NCBI GenBank assembly: GCA_945877815.1
Contig: CAMDWJ010000020.1
Span: 467-64,466 of the forward strand
Reading direction: 5' to 3'
From: Caenispirillum bisanense
Lineage (GTDB): Bacteria; Pseudomonadota; Alphaproteobacteria; Rhodospirillales; UBA2165
Length of the DNA: 64,000 bases
Positions 36,563 through 46,749 of the stretch are shown piece by piece; the first letter of the stretch is position 1, and each line of letters starts with the position of its first letter. Both the position numbers and the translations under genes were made by a program. The notes beneath the pieces are model-generated. The model was not told the origin of the DNA. It saw nothing but the letters and a program-made list of their open reading frames with translations, and searched no databases.

Positions 36563-36766
36563 ATGCCCAAAATGAAGACCAAATCTGGAGCGAAAAAACG
36601 CTTCAAGATCACCGGCTCTGGCAAGGTCAAAGCCGGCGTCGCTTACAAACAGCATAATCTACGCAAGCGATCGCAGAAGATGAAGCGCAAGGCACGCGGG
36701 ACGACGATCCTGCAGCCGGGTGATGCGAGCCTCGTTATGCATTACATGCCCTATCATCGGAGCTAA
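36563..36766 (+). CDS. rpmI: 50S ribosomal protein L35
   Basis: [46 protein letters not shown]…. ATG at 36563 with GAGG upstream. The track start (TTG 36551) is probably too early. Confidence 0.97.
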   Translation: MPKMKTKSGAKKRFKITGSGKVKAGVAYKQHNLRKRSQKMKRKARGTTILQPGDASLVMHYMPYHRS

Positions 36767-36771
36767 TAGAC

Positions 36772-37152
36772 ATGGCACGCTCAAAACCGTCCGTCGCTTC
36801 GCGCGCGCGCCGCAAGAAGCTGCTTGCGAAGTCCAAGGGCTTTCGTGGCCGCTCCAGCACCAATTTCCGCATCGCCAAGGAACGCCTCGAAAAGGCGATG
36901 CAATATGCCTATCGCGACCGTCGCGTCCGCAAGCGCAACTTCCGGGCGCTATGGATCCAACGCATCAATGCCGGCGCACGCGAACTTGGCATCACCTATT
37001 CCCAACTCATGGATGGCTTGACGAAGGCCGGCATCGAGATCGACCGTAAGGTTCTGTCCGACCTCGCAACCCGCGAGCCCGACGCCTTTAAAAGCGTCGT
37101 CGAACAAGCCCAAGCGGCGCTCAGCAAAGCTGCCCTCGCCACATCCGCGTAA
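36772..37152 (+). CDS. rplT: 50S ribosomal protein L20
   Basis: [67 protein letters not shown]…. Confidence 0.97.
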   Translation: MARSKPSVASRARRKKLLAKSKGFRGRSSTNFRIAKERLEKAMQYAYRDRRVRKRNFRALWIQRINAGARELGITYSQLMDGLTKAGIEIDRKVLSDLATREPDAFKSVVEQAQAALSKAALATSA

Positions 37153-37237
37153 GCAATCCGAGACTTCGATCGGACGCATGAAGGGGGCGGCCCGCAAGGC
37201 CGGCCCCTTTTGTCGTTCAATCCCCAGCGAGTGATCC

Positions 37238-38314
37238 ATGGAAGACCTAGATAAATTGAAATCGGATCTGTCGGCGCTGATCGTCGGCGCCGCCGATCTT
37301 GCCGGCCTCGAAGCCGCGCGTATCGAAGCGCTCGGACGCAACGGTCGCATCACACAACTGTTGAAGGGACTCGGCCAGATGGACGCCGAGGCGCGGCGCG
37401 AGGCGGGCCAGAAATTCAACGTCCTGAAAAACGAGATTGGCGCCGCGCTCGACGCGCGCAAAGCCCAACTTGAAGACTCCACGATTGATGCGCGCCTCGC
37501 CGCCGAAAAGATCGATATCACCTTGCCGCCGCGCAGCCAACGCAGTGGCCGCATCCATCCCATCAGCCAGACCATGGACGAAGTGATCGCGATTTTCGGC
37601 GAAATGGGATTCACCGTCGCCGAAGGACCGGATATCGAGGAAGATTGGTACAACTTCACCGCACTTAATATCCCGCCCGAACATCCGGCCCGCCAGAACC
37701 ACGACACCTTCTATCTCGACGCGGAAAAGAACGGCGCACCTCTGCTGCTGCGTACCCATACCTCGCCGGTGCAGATCCGCACGATGCAGAACACCAAGCC
37801 GCCGCTGCGCATCATCGCGCCGGGCCGCACCTATCGCTGCGATCACGACGCTACCCATTCGCCGATGTTCCACCAGGTCGAAGGTCTCGTCATCGACGAA
37901 GCCACCCATATGGGACACCTGAAGGGCTGCTTGGTCGATTTCTGCCGCGCCTTCTTCGGAATCGACGATCTGCCGGTGCGCTTTCGCCCCTCTTATTTCC
38001 CCTTCACCGAACCCTCGGCCGAGGTCGATATCGGCTGCTCGTTCGCGGGCGGCACATTGACGATCGGCGCAGGCGAAGGCTGGCTCGAAATTCTCGGCTC
38101 CGGCATGGTTAACCCGAAGGTGCTGGAGAATTGCGGCATCGATTCCACCAAATACCAGGGCTTCGCCTTCGGCATGGGGATCGAGCGCATCGCCATGCTG
38201 AAATACGGCATTCCCGATCTGCGTACTTTTTATGAGTCGGATGTACGCTGGCTCAATCACTATGGTTTCGCCGCTCTCGATGTGCCTAGTCTCGTCGGGA
38301 GGGCTCGGCCATGA
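37238..38314 (+). CDS. pheS: Phenylalanine--tRNA ligase alpha subunit
   Basis: 358 aa. …[19 protein letters not shown]…[14 protein letters not shown]…[17 protein letters not shown]…[18 protein letters not shown]…. Confidence 0.97.
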   Translation: MEDLDKLKSDLSALIVGAADLAGLEAARIEALGRNGRITQLLKGLGQMDAEARREAGQKFNVLKNEIGAALDARKAQLEDSTIDARLAAEKIDITLPPRSQRSGRIHPISQTMDEVIAIFGEMGFTVAEGPDIEEDWYNFTALNIPPEHPARQNHDTFYLDAEKNGAPLLLRTHTSPVQIRTMQNTKPPLRIIAPGRTYRCDHDATHSPMFHQVEGLVIDEATHMGHLKGCLVDFCRAFFGIDDLPVRFRPSYFPFTEPSAEVDIGCSFAGGTLTIGAGEGWLEILGSGMVNPKVLENCGIDSTKYQGFAFGMGIERIAMLKYGIPDLRTFYESDVRWLNHYGFAALDVPSLVGRARP

Positions 38315-40713
38315 AATTTTCCGTTCAATGGCTGATCAAGGAACTTGAGACGAGCGCTTCGGTTCAGGCGATCTCGGACGGACTCACGCGTGTCGGCCTC
38401 GAGGTCGAAGGCATCGACGATCCGGCCGCCAAGCTGAAGGATTTTGTCGTCGCTCAGGTAACCGATGCGAAACAGCATCCCGATGCCGACCGCCTGCGCG
38501 TGTGTCAGGTCGATACCGGCAGCGAGACCGTGGAAGTCGTATGCGGCGCGCCCAATGCACGCACCGGCATCAAGGTCGTCTTCGCCAAGGACGGCAGCTA
38601 TATCCCGGGCACCGGCATCACGCTGAAAAAATCCAAGATCCGTGGCGTGACCTCCAACGGCATGTTGTTGAGCGCGCGCGAGATGGGTCTGGGCGACGAT
38701 CATGCGGGCATCGTCGAATTGGCCGACAGCGCCATCGTCGGCTCGCCGGCCGCCGCCGCCATGGGTCTTAACGATCCGGTTTTCGACATCTCGGTGACGC
38801 CGAACCGCGCCGATTGTTTGGGCGTGCGCGGCGTGGCCCGCGATCTCGCCGCCGTCGGGCTCGGAACGCTCAAGCCGCTCGCCATCAAAAAGATCGAGGG
38901 CAAATTCAAAAGCCCGATCTTGGTACATCTCGATTTCGCCGACGACACCAAGACCGCCTGTCCCTATTTCGTCGGGCGCTATTTCCGCGGGCTGAAGAAC
39001 AAGCCGAGCCCCGCCTGGCTCGCCGACAAGCTGAAGGTCGTGGGTTTGCGTCCCATCTCGGCCCTGGTCGATATCACCAATTTGATGACGCACGCCTATT
39101 GCCGCCCGCTGCATGTCTTCGATGCGGATAAATTGTCGGGCGATCTGCGCGCGCGTCTCGCGCGGCCGGGCGAAATTTTCAAGGCACTCGACGGGAAGAC
39201 CTATGCGCTCGACGATCAGATGACAGTGATCGCGGATGACAAAGTTCCGCAAGGTTTGGCCGGCGTGATGGGCGGCGAAGGGTCGGGCGTCGGCGAGGGT
39301 ACCGTGAACGTGTTCCTCGAAACCGCCTATTTCGATCCGATCCGCACGGCCATGACCGGGCGCAAGCTCGGTATTCTGTCGGATGCGCGCTATCGCTTCG
39401 AGAGGGGTATCGACCCCGCTTTTCTAGTCGACGCGACCGAGCTTGCGACCAGCCTGATCCTCGGCATCTGCGGTGGCGAGGCGAGCGAAATCGTCATTGC
39501 CGGCACCGAGCCAAAATGGCAACGCAGCTACCCTCTGCGCCAAAGCCGCGTGAAGAGCTTGGGCGGCGTCGACGTGGCCCCAGCACGCATCGAGGAGATC
39601 TTGACCTCGCTCGGTTTCACCCCGACCAAGGCCGCCGACGGATGGGATGTATCCGTGCCGTCGTGGCGTGCCGATGTGGTCGGCGAAGCCGATCTCGTCG
39701 AAGAGGTGATCCGCATCAACGGCTTCGACAACATCCCAGCCGTATCGTTGACGCGCGCCACGCCACTGCCAGGCGGCACGATCAACTTGGCCCAGGAACG
39801 GCGCGGGCGCGCCCGCCGCGCGCTGGCAGCCCGCGGCCTGACCGAGGCGGTAACCTATTCGTTCCTGAAGGGCGCGCAGGCGGAACTCTTCGGCACGCCG
39901 CCGCGCTCGCTGCATCTGACCAACCCCATCAGCGCCGATCTCGACGTGATGCGCCCATCGCTTCTTGCGAACCTGATCGCGGCAGCAGGGCGCAATGCGG
40001 CACGCGGTATTTTCGATGTCGCTTTGTTCGAGGTGGGACCGCAATACAAGGACGAGACGCCGACCGGGCAATCCACTGCCGCGACCGGTATTCGCACCGG
40101 CCGTGCGATCCCGCGCAACTGGGCCGAGCCCGCGCGCGGCGCCGATGCCTTCGATGCCAAGGGCGATGTGTTCGATCTGCTCGCGCAACTGGGCGCCGCC
40201 ATTGCCACGACGCAGATCGTTGCCGAAGCGCCGGCTTGGTATCATCCGGGGCGCTGCGGCACCGTGCGCATGGGCCCGCAAACCGTGCTCGCGCATTTCG
40301 GCGAAATTCATCCGCGTGTGCTCAAGGCGATGGATGTCGCCGGACCCGTCGTGGGCTTCGAAATTTTTGTGGATGCGATTCCGCAGCCCAAGGCGCGCGG
40401 GGCGGCCAAACCGAAGCTCGATCTCGCCGCACTTCAGCCGCTCGAACGCGATTTCGCCTTTGTCGTCGATACGAGTGTCGCCGCCGAGGCAGTGGCGCGC
40501 GCGGCGGCTGCGGCCGACAAGGCGCTGATCACAAATATTGCGATCTTCGACGTCTTCGCGGGCCGCGATATTCCGGCCGGCAAGAAATCCATCGCCATTT
40601 CGGTGACCTTACAGCCCAAGGAAACGACACTCACCGAGGCCGAGATCGACGCCGTGGCGAAAAAGATCATCGCCAATGTGACGAAGCAGACCGGCGGGAC
40701 GCTACGTTCCTAG
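38311..40713 (+). CDS. pheT: Phenylalanine--tRNA ligase beta subunit
   Basis: 800 aa. [12 protein letters not shown]…, tRNA-binding domain (…[25 protein letters not shown]…), B3/4, B5 and anticodon-binding regions. 4-nt overlap with pheS. Confidence 0.97.
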   Translation: MKFSVQWLIKELETSASVQAISDGLTRVGLEVEGIDDPAAKLKDFVVAQVTDAKQHPDADRLRVCQVDTGSETVEVVCGAPNARTGIKVVFAKDGSYIPGTGITLKKSKIRGVTSNGMLLSAREMGLGDDHAGIVELADSAIVGSPAAAAMGLNDPVFDISVTPNRADCLGVRGVARDLAAVGLGTLKPLAIKKIEGKFKSPILVHLDFADDTKTACPYFVGRYFRGLKNKPSPAWLADKLKVVGLRPISALVDITNLMTHAYCRPLHVFDADKLSGDLRARLARPGEIFKALDGKTYALDDQMTVIADDKVPQGLAGVMGGEGSGVGEGTVNVFLETAYFDPIRTAMTGRKLGILSDARYRFERGIDPAFLVDATELATSLILGICGGEASEIVIAGTEPKWQRSYPLRQSRVKSLGGVDVAPARIEEILTSLGFTPTKAADGWDVSVPSWRADVVGEADLVEEVIRINGFDNIPAVSLTRATPLPGGTINLAQERRGRARRALAARGLTEAVTYSFLKGAQAELFGTPPRSLHLTNPISADLDVMRPSLLANLIAAAGRNAARGIFDVALFEVGPQYKDETPTGQSTAATGIRTGRAIPRNWAEPARGADAFDAKGDVFDLLAQLGAAIATTQIVAEAPAWYHPGRCGTVRMGPQTVLAHFGEIHPRVLKAMDVAGPVVGFEIFVDAIPQPKARGAAKPKLDLAALQPLERDFAFVVDTSVAAEAVARAAAAADKALITNIAIFDVFAGRDIPAGKKSIAISVTLQPKETTLTEAEIDAVAKKIIANVTKQTGGTLRS

Positions 40714-40720
40714 AGACAAC

Positions 40721-40782
40721 CCTCATGCTGAGCCCGTCGAAGCATGGAGGCGCCCCCATCCTTCGACAAGCTCAGGATGAGG
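40721..40782. repeat. Palindromic intergenic (REP-like) element, family A
   Basis: CCTCATGCTGAGCCCGTCGAAGCATGG (left arm) pairs with CCATCCTTCGACAAGCTCAGGATGAGG (right arm), giving ~27 bp with 4 mismatches. It fills the gap between the convergent pheT and the TctC-like gene. A related copy in the opposite arm order lies at 61308-61362. Confidence 0.6.
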
Positions 40783-40786
40783 CGTT

Positions 40787-41872
40787 TTATTTCTTCTCGC
40801 CCTTCGGCTGAGCCGGGGCTTCCTGCAGATCCTTGATCGCGATGAGTTCGCGCACGCGCTTCACCACGCCATCGTCGATCGCGACCGAGGCCTGCGCGAC
40901 CTTCTGCAATTCGGCGCCGCCGACCGGATTGATATCCATCTTCGCCTTCGAGGTTTCCTCGACGAAGGCCGCATCCTTCATCGTCTCATCGAAAGCCTTG
41001 CGGATGGCGGCAACACGGGCTTCGGGTACGCCCGGCGCCGTCAGGATCGGACGGCCGAACGCGGTGCCGGAGACGAGCGCAGCCAGCGCCTTGCGGTCGG
41101 TCTCGTTCTTCGCAAGCTCGGTAATGACGGGAACGTCGCGCTTCATATAGGCCGAGATTTCGGGATCCTTTCCTACGGAAAACTGCACGAGGATATTGAT
41201 CTTGCGATCCTCGATCCATTGGCGCGTCGTCGATTTGGCCGAGGCCCAACTATTGGAGCCGCGGCAATTCACTTCATTGCGTTCCATGGCGAGATTGACG
41301 TCGCCGCCGCCCGGATAACCCGTCACGATCTTGATCTTGGTATTGAGCAGATTGTTGAGGATGGTCGGTTGCAGGATCGAAGGCGAGGACGCACCCGTGC
41401 CGCCGCAGATCGCGCCTCCTTTGGCGATAACGTCATCCAGGCTCGTGAGCCCGCTCGAAGCCCATATGAAGGTCACATTCGAATCGGCAATGGGATTGCC
41501 GATCCAGTTGAATTTGGCGACGTCGAACTGGACGCCCTCTTCCTTCAATGCCTGGTCGAGAGCCGAATTCTCACCGATGACGGCCCACGCCGTTCCGTCC
41601 TTGGGCGCCACGTTATAGAGCCAGTTGGCAGCGAGGCGAGATCCGGCGCCCGGCATGTTCTGCACGATGACGTTGGGATTGCCCGGAATATACTTGCCGA
41701 TGTGACGCGCAACCGCGCGAGTATAAACGTCGTAGCCGCCGCCCGGGGTATAACCGATCGCAATATTGATCGTCTTGCCCTTGTAAAAATCCGAAACCTC
41801 GTCGGCGACGGCCGGAAGCGCCGAAGTCAGCGACGAAACGGCGATGAGGCTCGCGAGCAGGAGATTGAACAT
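40787..41872 (-). CDS. Periplasmic substrate-binding protein, TctC/Bug-like, paralog of 4333..5421
   Basis: ATG at 41872 (MFNLLLASLIAVSSLTSALPAVA = signal peptide). KTINIAIGYTPGGGYDVYTRAVARHIGKYIPGNPNVIVQNMPGAGSRLAANWLYNVAPKDGTAW parallels the core of the first paralog. 361 aa. Confidence 0.75.
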   Translation of the reverse strand: MFNLLLASLIAVSSLTSALPAVADEVSDFYKGKTINIAIGYTPGGGYDVYTRAVARHIGKYIPGNPNVIVQNMPGAGSRLAANWLYNVAPKDGTAWAVIGENSALDQALKEEGVQFDVAKFNWIGNPIADSNVTFIWASSGLTSLDDVIAKGGAICGGTGASSPSILQPTILNNLLNTKIKIVTGYPGGGDVNLAMERNEVNCRGSNSWASAKSTTRQWIEDRKINILVQFSVGKDPEISAYMKRDVPVITELAKNETDRKALAALVSGTAFGRPILTAPGVPEARVAAIRKAFDETMKDAAFVEETSKAKMDINPVGGAELQKVAQASVAIDDGVVKRVRELIAIKDLQEAPAQPKGEKK

Positions 41873-41938
41873 GATCCACTCACTGTGGTTGCGATCTTGG
41901 GTCACGTTTACTAAGAATTCTAAGTTAACATCGGGCAG

Positions 41939-43162
41939 GTGCGCGTGTCAGCGATTTTATTCCTCCGCCTCTTCCTGCCCTTTGCCTTCGGCAATTTCCT
42001 GGGCTCGTTCTACCGTTCGGTAAATGCGGTCATCGCACCCGATATCGTGACCGAGTTGCATCTGAGCGCCGAGACGATCGGACTGCTCACCTCGATCTTT
42101 TTTTTGTTCTATGCCGGAGTGCAGATCCCACTGGGCATGGCGCTCGACCGCTTCGGAGCAAGACGCGTCAGCACGACTCTGTTCACGGTTGCCGGTCTTT
42201 CCGCGTTAGTTTTCGCGCAGGCGAGCGACTTCGGCGTGCTCCTCGTCAGCCGCGCCCTGATGGGCGTGGGAATCTCGGCCGCGTTCATGGGTGCTCTGAA
42301 AGCGGTCATCGACTGGGTGCCGCGCGACAAATTGCCGATCACCAATTCGTTGATTATGACCATGGGCGGCATGGGGGTGATGGGAGCTACCTACCCAGTC
42401 CAATTCGCTCTGAACTTCACCGATTGGCGTGGTGTTTTCATCGGCATCGCGATCGCAACCTTCGTCATCGTGTTGTGCATCTTCTTCGTGGCACCCGAAC
42501 GCTCGCGCGCGGCATCGCCGCCGTCAACCGGCAGTTCGATACGTGGCGTGATCGAGGTCTTCACCAACCGCGAGTTTCTGCGCATGGTGCCTCTCGGCAG
42601 CTCGGCGCAGGGCGTCAACATGGCCATGTCCGGATTATGGGCGGGACCTTGGCTGCGCGACGTTTCCGGTCTTTCGCGCGACGAGGCCGCCGCAGTGCTG
42701 TTCGGCATGGCTGTGAGCATCACCATTTCGGTCCTGATCATCGGCTGGATCGCGGCGCGCCTAACCCGCGCCGGCATATCGGTGCTCGCCACCGCCTGCT
42801 GTGGCATGGCCGGCTTCATCTTTTTCGAATGCCTGATCATCTTGAACCCGGCCATCAGCCCGTGGGCGTTCTGGCTGCCTTATGCCTTTTGCGCGACCGC
42901 GCCAACGCTCATCTATTCGGTGCTCGCCAATGCCTTCAGCACGGACATGGCAGGACGGGTCACCACCGCCTACAATTTCACGACATTCACTTTTGCCTTC
43001 GCCGTGCAATGGTTCCTGGGCGCGGTAATCGATCTGTGGCCGCCGATGGCCGATGGACGTTTTGCGCCAGAAGGTTATCGCGTCGGCTTCGCCATCATCG
43101 TGGCGATCCAACTCGCGGCCTTTGCCTGGCTCTTCATTGGTAATCGTCGCGCGCGGGCGTGA
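41939..43162 (+). CDS. MFS transporter
   Basis: 407-aa polytopic protein. …FLGSFYRSVNAVIAPDIVTELHLSAETIGLLTSIFFLFYAGVQIPLGMALDRFGARRV… carries the MFS loop 2-3 motif. GTG start at 41939 (a GTG at 41945 is possible). Confidence 0.85.
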   Translation: MRVSAILFLRLFLPFAFGNFLGSFYRSVNAVIAPDIVTELHLSAETIGLLTSIFFLFYAGVQIPLGMALDRFGARRVSTTLFTVAGLSALVFAQASDFGVLLVSRALMGVGISAAFMGALKAVIDWVPRDKLPITNSLIMTMGGMGVMGATYPVQFALNFTDWRGVFIGIAIATFVIVLCIFFVAPERSRAASPPSTGSSIRGVIEVFTNREFLRMVPLGSSAQGVNMAMSGLWAGPWLRDVSGLSRDEAAAVLFGMAVSITISVLIIGWIAARLTRAGISVLATACCGMAGFIFFECLIILNPAISPWAFWLPYAFCATAPTLIYSVLANAFSTDMAGRVTTAYNFTTFTFAFAVQWFLGAVIDLWPPMADGRFAPEGYRVGFAIIVAIQLAAFAWLFIGNRRARA

Positions 43163-43177
43163 CGATGATGCAACGAT

Positions 43178-44407
43178 CTATTTCTTTTGGTCTTGGCGTC
43201 CGGCAAGGCGCAGGCGCAGCGCATTGAGCTTAATGAAGCCGGCCGCGTCACGCTGATCGTAGACCGTATCGGCCTCGAAAGTGACAACCGCCTGATCGTA
43301 GAGGCTGAGCGACGACTTGCGCCCCGTAACGATCACATTGCCCTTGAAAAGCTTCAGCCGTACCGTGCCGGTGACGCGCCTGGAGCCCTCGTCCACCAGT
43401 GCTTGGATCATGCGACGTTCGGGCGAGAACCAGAATCCGTTATAGATGAGTTCCGCATAACGCGGCATCAGCTCGTCCTTCTGATGCATAGCGCCGCGAT
43501 CGAGCGTGAGACTCTCGACCGCGCGGCGCGCGGTGAACAAGATCGTGCCGCCCGGCGTCTCGTAAACGCCGCGCGATTTCATGCCGACGAAACGGTTCTC
43601 GACGATATCGAGACGCCCGATCGCGTTAGCGCCGCCCAGTTCATTGAGCTTGGTCAACAAAGCCGCCGGCCCGAGACGTTTGCCGTTAACGGCGACGGGA
43701 TCGCCGGCCTCGAATTCGATCTCGATTTCGGTCGGCGTATTGGGCGCCTTTTCGATTGAAACCGAACGGGTAAACATGGATTCGTCGGGGGCCACCCAAG
43801 GATCTTCGAGCGCCTTGCCTTCATACGAGATGTGCAAAAGATTGGCGTCGGTCGAATAGGGCGGCTCGCCCTCCTTGTCCTTCGGCACCGAAACTTGGCG
43901 CGCTTGGGCATATTCGATCAGCTTGGTGCGCGAATTGAGATCCCATTCGCGCCACGGCGCGATCACCTTGATATCGGGTTTCAGCGCGTAGTAGCCGAGC
44001 TCGAAGCGCACCTGATCGTTGCCCTTGCCGGTGGCACCATGGGCGACCGCATCGGCGCCGACAAGATTTGCGATCTCGATCTGGCGCTTGGCGATCAGCG
44101 GGCGCGCGATCGAGGTGCCGAGGAGATAGGTGCCCTCGTACAATGCATTGGCACGGAACATCGGGAAGACATAGTCGCGCACGAATTCATCGCGCAGATC
44201 GTCGATGAAGATCTGCTTCACGCCGGCCGCCTCGGCCTTCTTGCGCGCGGGTTCCAGCTCCTCGCCCTGACCGAGATCGGCAGTGAAGGTCACCACCTCG
44301 CAGCCATATTCCTCCTGCAGCCATTTGAGGATGACCGAGGTATCGAGCCCGCCCGAATAGGCGAGGACGACTTTCTTGAATTGGCCGGCACGCGGATGGA
44401 TCGACAT
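43178..44407 (-). CDS. argG: Argininosuccinate synthase
   Basis: 409 aa. [40 protein letters not shown]…[15 protein letters not shown]…. Confidence 0.97.
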   Translation of the reverse strand: MSIHPRAGQFKKVVLAYSGGLDTSVILKWLQEEYGCEVVTFTADLGQGEELEPARKKAEAAGVKQIFIDDLRDEFVRDYVFPMFRANALYEGTYLLGTSIARPLIAKRQIEIANLVGADAVAHGATGKGNDQVRFELGYYALKPDIKVIAPWREWDLNSRTKLIEYAQARQVSVPKDKEGEPPYSTDANLLHISYEGKALEDPWVAPDESMFTRSVSIEKAPNTPTEIEIEFEAGDPVAVNGKRLGPAALLTKLNELGGANAIGRLDIVENRFVGMKSRGVYETPGGTILFTARRAVESLTLDRGAMHQKDELMPRYAELIYNGFWFSPERRMIQALVDEGSRRVTGTVRLKLFKGNVIVTGRKSSLSLYDQAVVTFEADTVYDQRDAAGFIKLNALRLRLAGRQDQKK

Positions 44408-44514
44408 GGAAAAATCCCTAAAGTGCGCCTGAGGTCACGAAGGCGGCGCAGTATAGGGATTCAGGCCGGACGGACAAGGCAGCCCAGCCCGGCAAACAGC
44501 GACTAACCCGGCAA

Positions 44515-45021
44515 TTATTGCCGTTCTTTTTCGAGATTCCGTGGGTCGGACTCCGCCCGGGATTCCATCGCCTGGATCAAGGTGAAGCCGGGGCCGAAAC
44601 CGTTCGGTGCCGTCTGCGCTTCCAGCGTTTCGTTCGCCGGATCCGGCAGACCTTGCGTTTTGGCGTCGGCCTTGGAACCGCCCGGATTGTCCAACGCCGC
44701 TTCGGCGGTCAGTCGCTTGCGGATTTCCTCGGCAATCATCTTCTCGATGGAGGCTTGGCCGTCGGGCGACAGTTTTTTGAGCGCTTCTTCGGTCAGGCCC
44801 ATGGATTCGAGGATTTTCTTACGCATTTCCTCGAGTTTCTTTTTGTTCAGATCGTCGGCATAGGTACGAAACCCCTTTTCGTGGATTTCGTCGAGCGTGG
44901 CCCTGAAGGCCTGTTTCCAGACCGGTTCGTCGGACGACACGGTATTGAGTTGACCCGGCGGCGTGAACGCGGCGAAGCCGGCACCGCCGATGGCGCCGGT
45001 GTCGAATGGATTGCTGGACAT
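44515..45021 (-). CDS. Hypothetical protein (Lys/Glu-rich helical core, no recognisable family)
   Basis: ATG at 45021 preceded by a strong GGAGGAGGG. MSSNPFDTGAIGGAGFAAFTPPGQL…DDLNKKKLEEMRKKILESMGLTEEALKKLSPDGQASIEKMIAEEIRKRL…. The track's 27-codon upstream extension lacks an RBS. Confidence 0.6.
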   Translation of the reverse strand: MSSNPFDTGAIGGAGFAAFTPPGQLNTVSSDEPVWKQAFRATLDEIHEKGFRTYADDLNKKKLEEMRKKILESMGLTEEALKKLSPDGQASIEKMIAEEIRKRLTAEAALDNPGGSKADAKTQGLPDPANETLEAQTAPNGFGPGFTLIQAMESRAESDPRNLEKERQ

Positions 45022-45167
45022 GATCCCTCCTCCTCTTGTCCTCGCAATCAACAAGCAGGAATCGGGCCATCTTCGGTCATAAAACTTTAGCCCATGAGTC
45101 ACGCGAGCATAACGTCGCGCGCCTAGGGTTGGTTCGACATATAATCCACCCGACGAACCACTCTATA

Positions 45168-45203
45168 TTGGGCGCCCCCCCCCCTGCGGCGCCCAATTTT
45201 TTT
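45168..45203. terminator. GC-rich hairpin with poly-C loop, flanked by a T7 run on the plus side
   Basis: TTGGGCGCC (45168-45176) / GGCGCCCAA (45188-45196). The loop contains part of a 10-nt C run (45175-45184). TTTTTTT lies at 45197-45203. It sits 14 nt beyond the stop of the minus-strand zinc-ribbon gene, but the U-tract is on the plus strand. Confidence 0.5.
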
Positions 45204-45216
45204 CGGCCAAATTTTG

Positions 45217-45507
45217 TCAGTCGAAAATTTCTTCGAACCAGGATTTGCGGCGATAGGGTTTTTTGTGACCGCGATAGTCATGATCGGGTTCGTGCCCCGG
45301 CTGCGGATTCGAGCGGGCCGGTTCAGCGATGCGAGGAGCAGGTGCGCGCGCGAAAGGGTCTGGCGCCGCTTCGGCGGCGCTTTTTTCGATGATCTTGTCG
45401 AGTTCTCCGCGATCGAGCCAGACGCCGCGACATTTCGGACAATAATCGATCTCGATATTCTGTCGCACGCTCATCGCGAGATCGACCTGGCAGGCAGGAC
45501 ACAACAT
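45217..45507 (-). CDS. TFIIB-type zinc-ribbon domain protein
   Basis: MLCPACQVDLAMSVRQNIEIDYCPKCRGVWLDRGELDKIIE… (CPxC…CPxC zinc ribbon followed by WLD.GEL), with a basic C-terminal tail ending …KKPYRRKSWFEEIFD. Confidence 0.8.
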   Translation of the reverse strand: MLCPACQVDLAMSVRQNIEIDYCPKCRGVWLDRGELDKIIEKSAAEAAPDPFARAPAPRIAEPARSNPQPGHEPDHDYRGHKKPYRRKSWFEEIFD

Positions 45508-45592
45508 TCAAAACTCCGTCTTTCTAAATCCAGACCGAAGGAGGCCAGGGATTCATGGCGGAGTTGTGGCAGGGAAACCGATTAGAAAATTG

Positions 45593-46687
45593 CTAGGCAG
45601 TGGCGTCCAGTTGGACCTTCTCGCCGCGCTGGCGTTCGGACGCCGACTTGAGCTGGCCGCAGGCGGCCATGATGTCGCGACCGCGCGGCGTGCGCACCGG
45701 CGCTGAATAGCCGGCGTTGTTCAGGATATCGGAAAAGGTCTGGATCGCCTCCGGCGTCGAGCACTCGTATCCGACGCCCGGCCATTTGTTGAAGGGAATG
45801 AGATTCACCTTGGCGGGAATGCCGGCCAGCAGCTTAACGAGGGCGCGCGCGTCGGCCGGCGAATCGTTGACTCCGTTCAACATGACATATTCAAACGTGA
45901 TGCGCCGCGCATTGCTCGATCCCGGATAGGCGCGGCAAGCCGCCAGCAATTCCGAGATCGGATATTTCTTGTTGATCGGCACCAGCACGTCGCGCAATTC
46001 GTCGGTCACGGCATGGAGCGAGATGGCGAGCCCGACGCCGAGCTCGTTGCCGACCTGCTCGATCATCGGGACCACACCCGAGGTCGACAGCGTGATGCGG
46101 CGCTTCGACATGGCGAGACCTTCGCCATCCATCGCGATGAGCAGCGCCTTGGCGACCGCATCGTAATTGTATAGCGGCTCGCCCATTCCCATCATGACGA
46201 TGTTTGTGAGCAGACGACCCTCGGCGGGCGAGGGCCATTCCTTGTAGGTATCGCGCGCCACCATGATCTGGCCGACGATTTCGGCGGCCGACAGGTTACG
46301 CACCAGTTTTTGCGTGCCCGTATGGCAGAAGGCGCAGGTCAATGTGCAGCCAACCTGCGAGGAAATGCAAAGAGCACCGCGATCCTCTTCGGGGATGAAA
46401 ACCGATTCGAATTCGTTGCCGTCGCGCCCGCGCAACAGCCATTTGCGCGTGCCGTCCTCGGACAATTGCTCGGTCACGGTTGCCGGGCGGCGGATCTCGC
46501 AGGTTTCGGCCAGGGTCTCGCGGAAAGATTTGGCCAAGGTCGTCATCTGGGCGAAATCGGTTTCGCCCCGATAATAGATCCAATGCCACAATTGTCGGGC
46601 GCGGAACGGCTTCTCGCCCAGGCCGGCAACGGTCGCCGCCAGCTCGTCGCGCGATTGGCCGACCAGATTGATCTTTGACTCGCTCAT
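45593..46687 (-). CDS. rlmN: 23S rRNA/tRNA adenine-C2 methyltransferase RlmN (radical SAM)
   Basis: 364 aa. …[16 protein letters not shown]…, the radical-SAM cluster motif [16 protein letters not shown], and …[10 protein letters not shown]…ITLSTSG…. Confidence 0.96.
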   Translation of the reverse strand: MSESKINLVGQSRDELAATVAGLGEKPFRARQLWHWIYYRGETDFAQMTTLAKSFRETLAETCEIRRPATVTEQLSEDGTRKWLLRGRDGNEFESVFIPEEDRGALCISSQVGCTLTCAFCHTGTQKLVRNLSAAEIVGQIMVARDTYKEWPSPAEGRLLTNIVMMGMGEPLYNYDAVAKALLIAMDGEGLAMSKRRITLSTSGVVPMIEQVGNELGVGLAISLHAVTDELRDVLVPINKKYPISELLAACRAYPGSSNARRITFEYVMLNGVNDSPADARALVKLLAGIPAKVNLIPFNKWPGVGYECSTPEAIQTFSDILNNAGYSAPVRTPRGRDIMAACGQLKSASERQRGEKVQLDATA

Positions 46688-46749
46688 GACGCCCTATATA
46701 GCATGGGGCAGTATATAGCAGCGGAATCCGGAAAAACGAACCCATCGCC

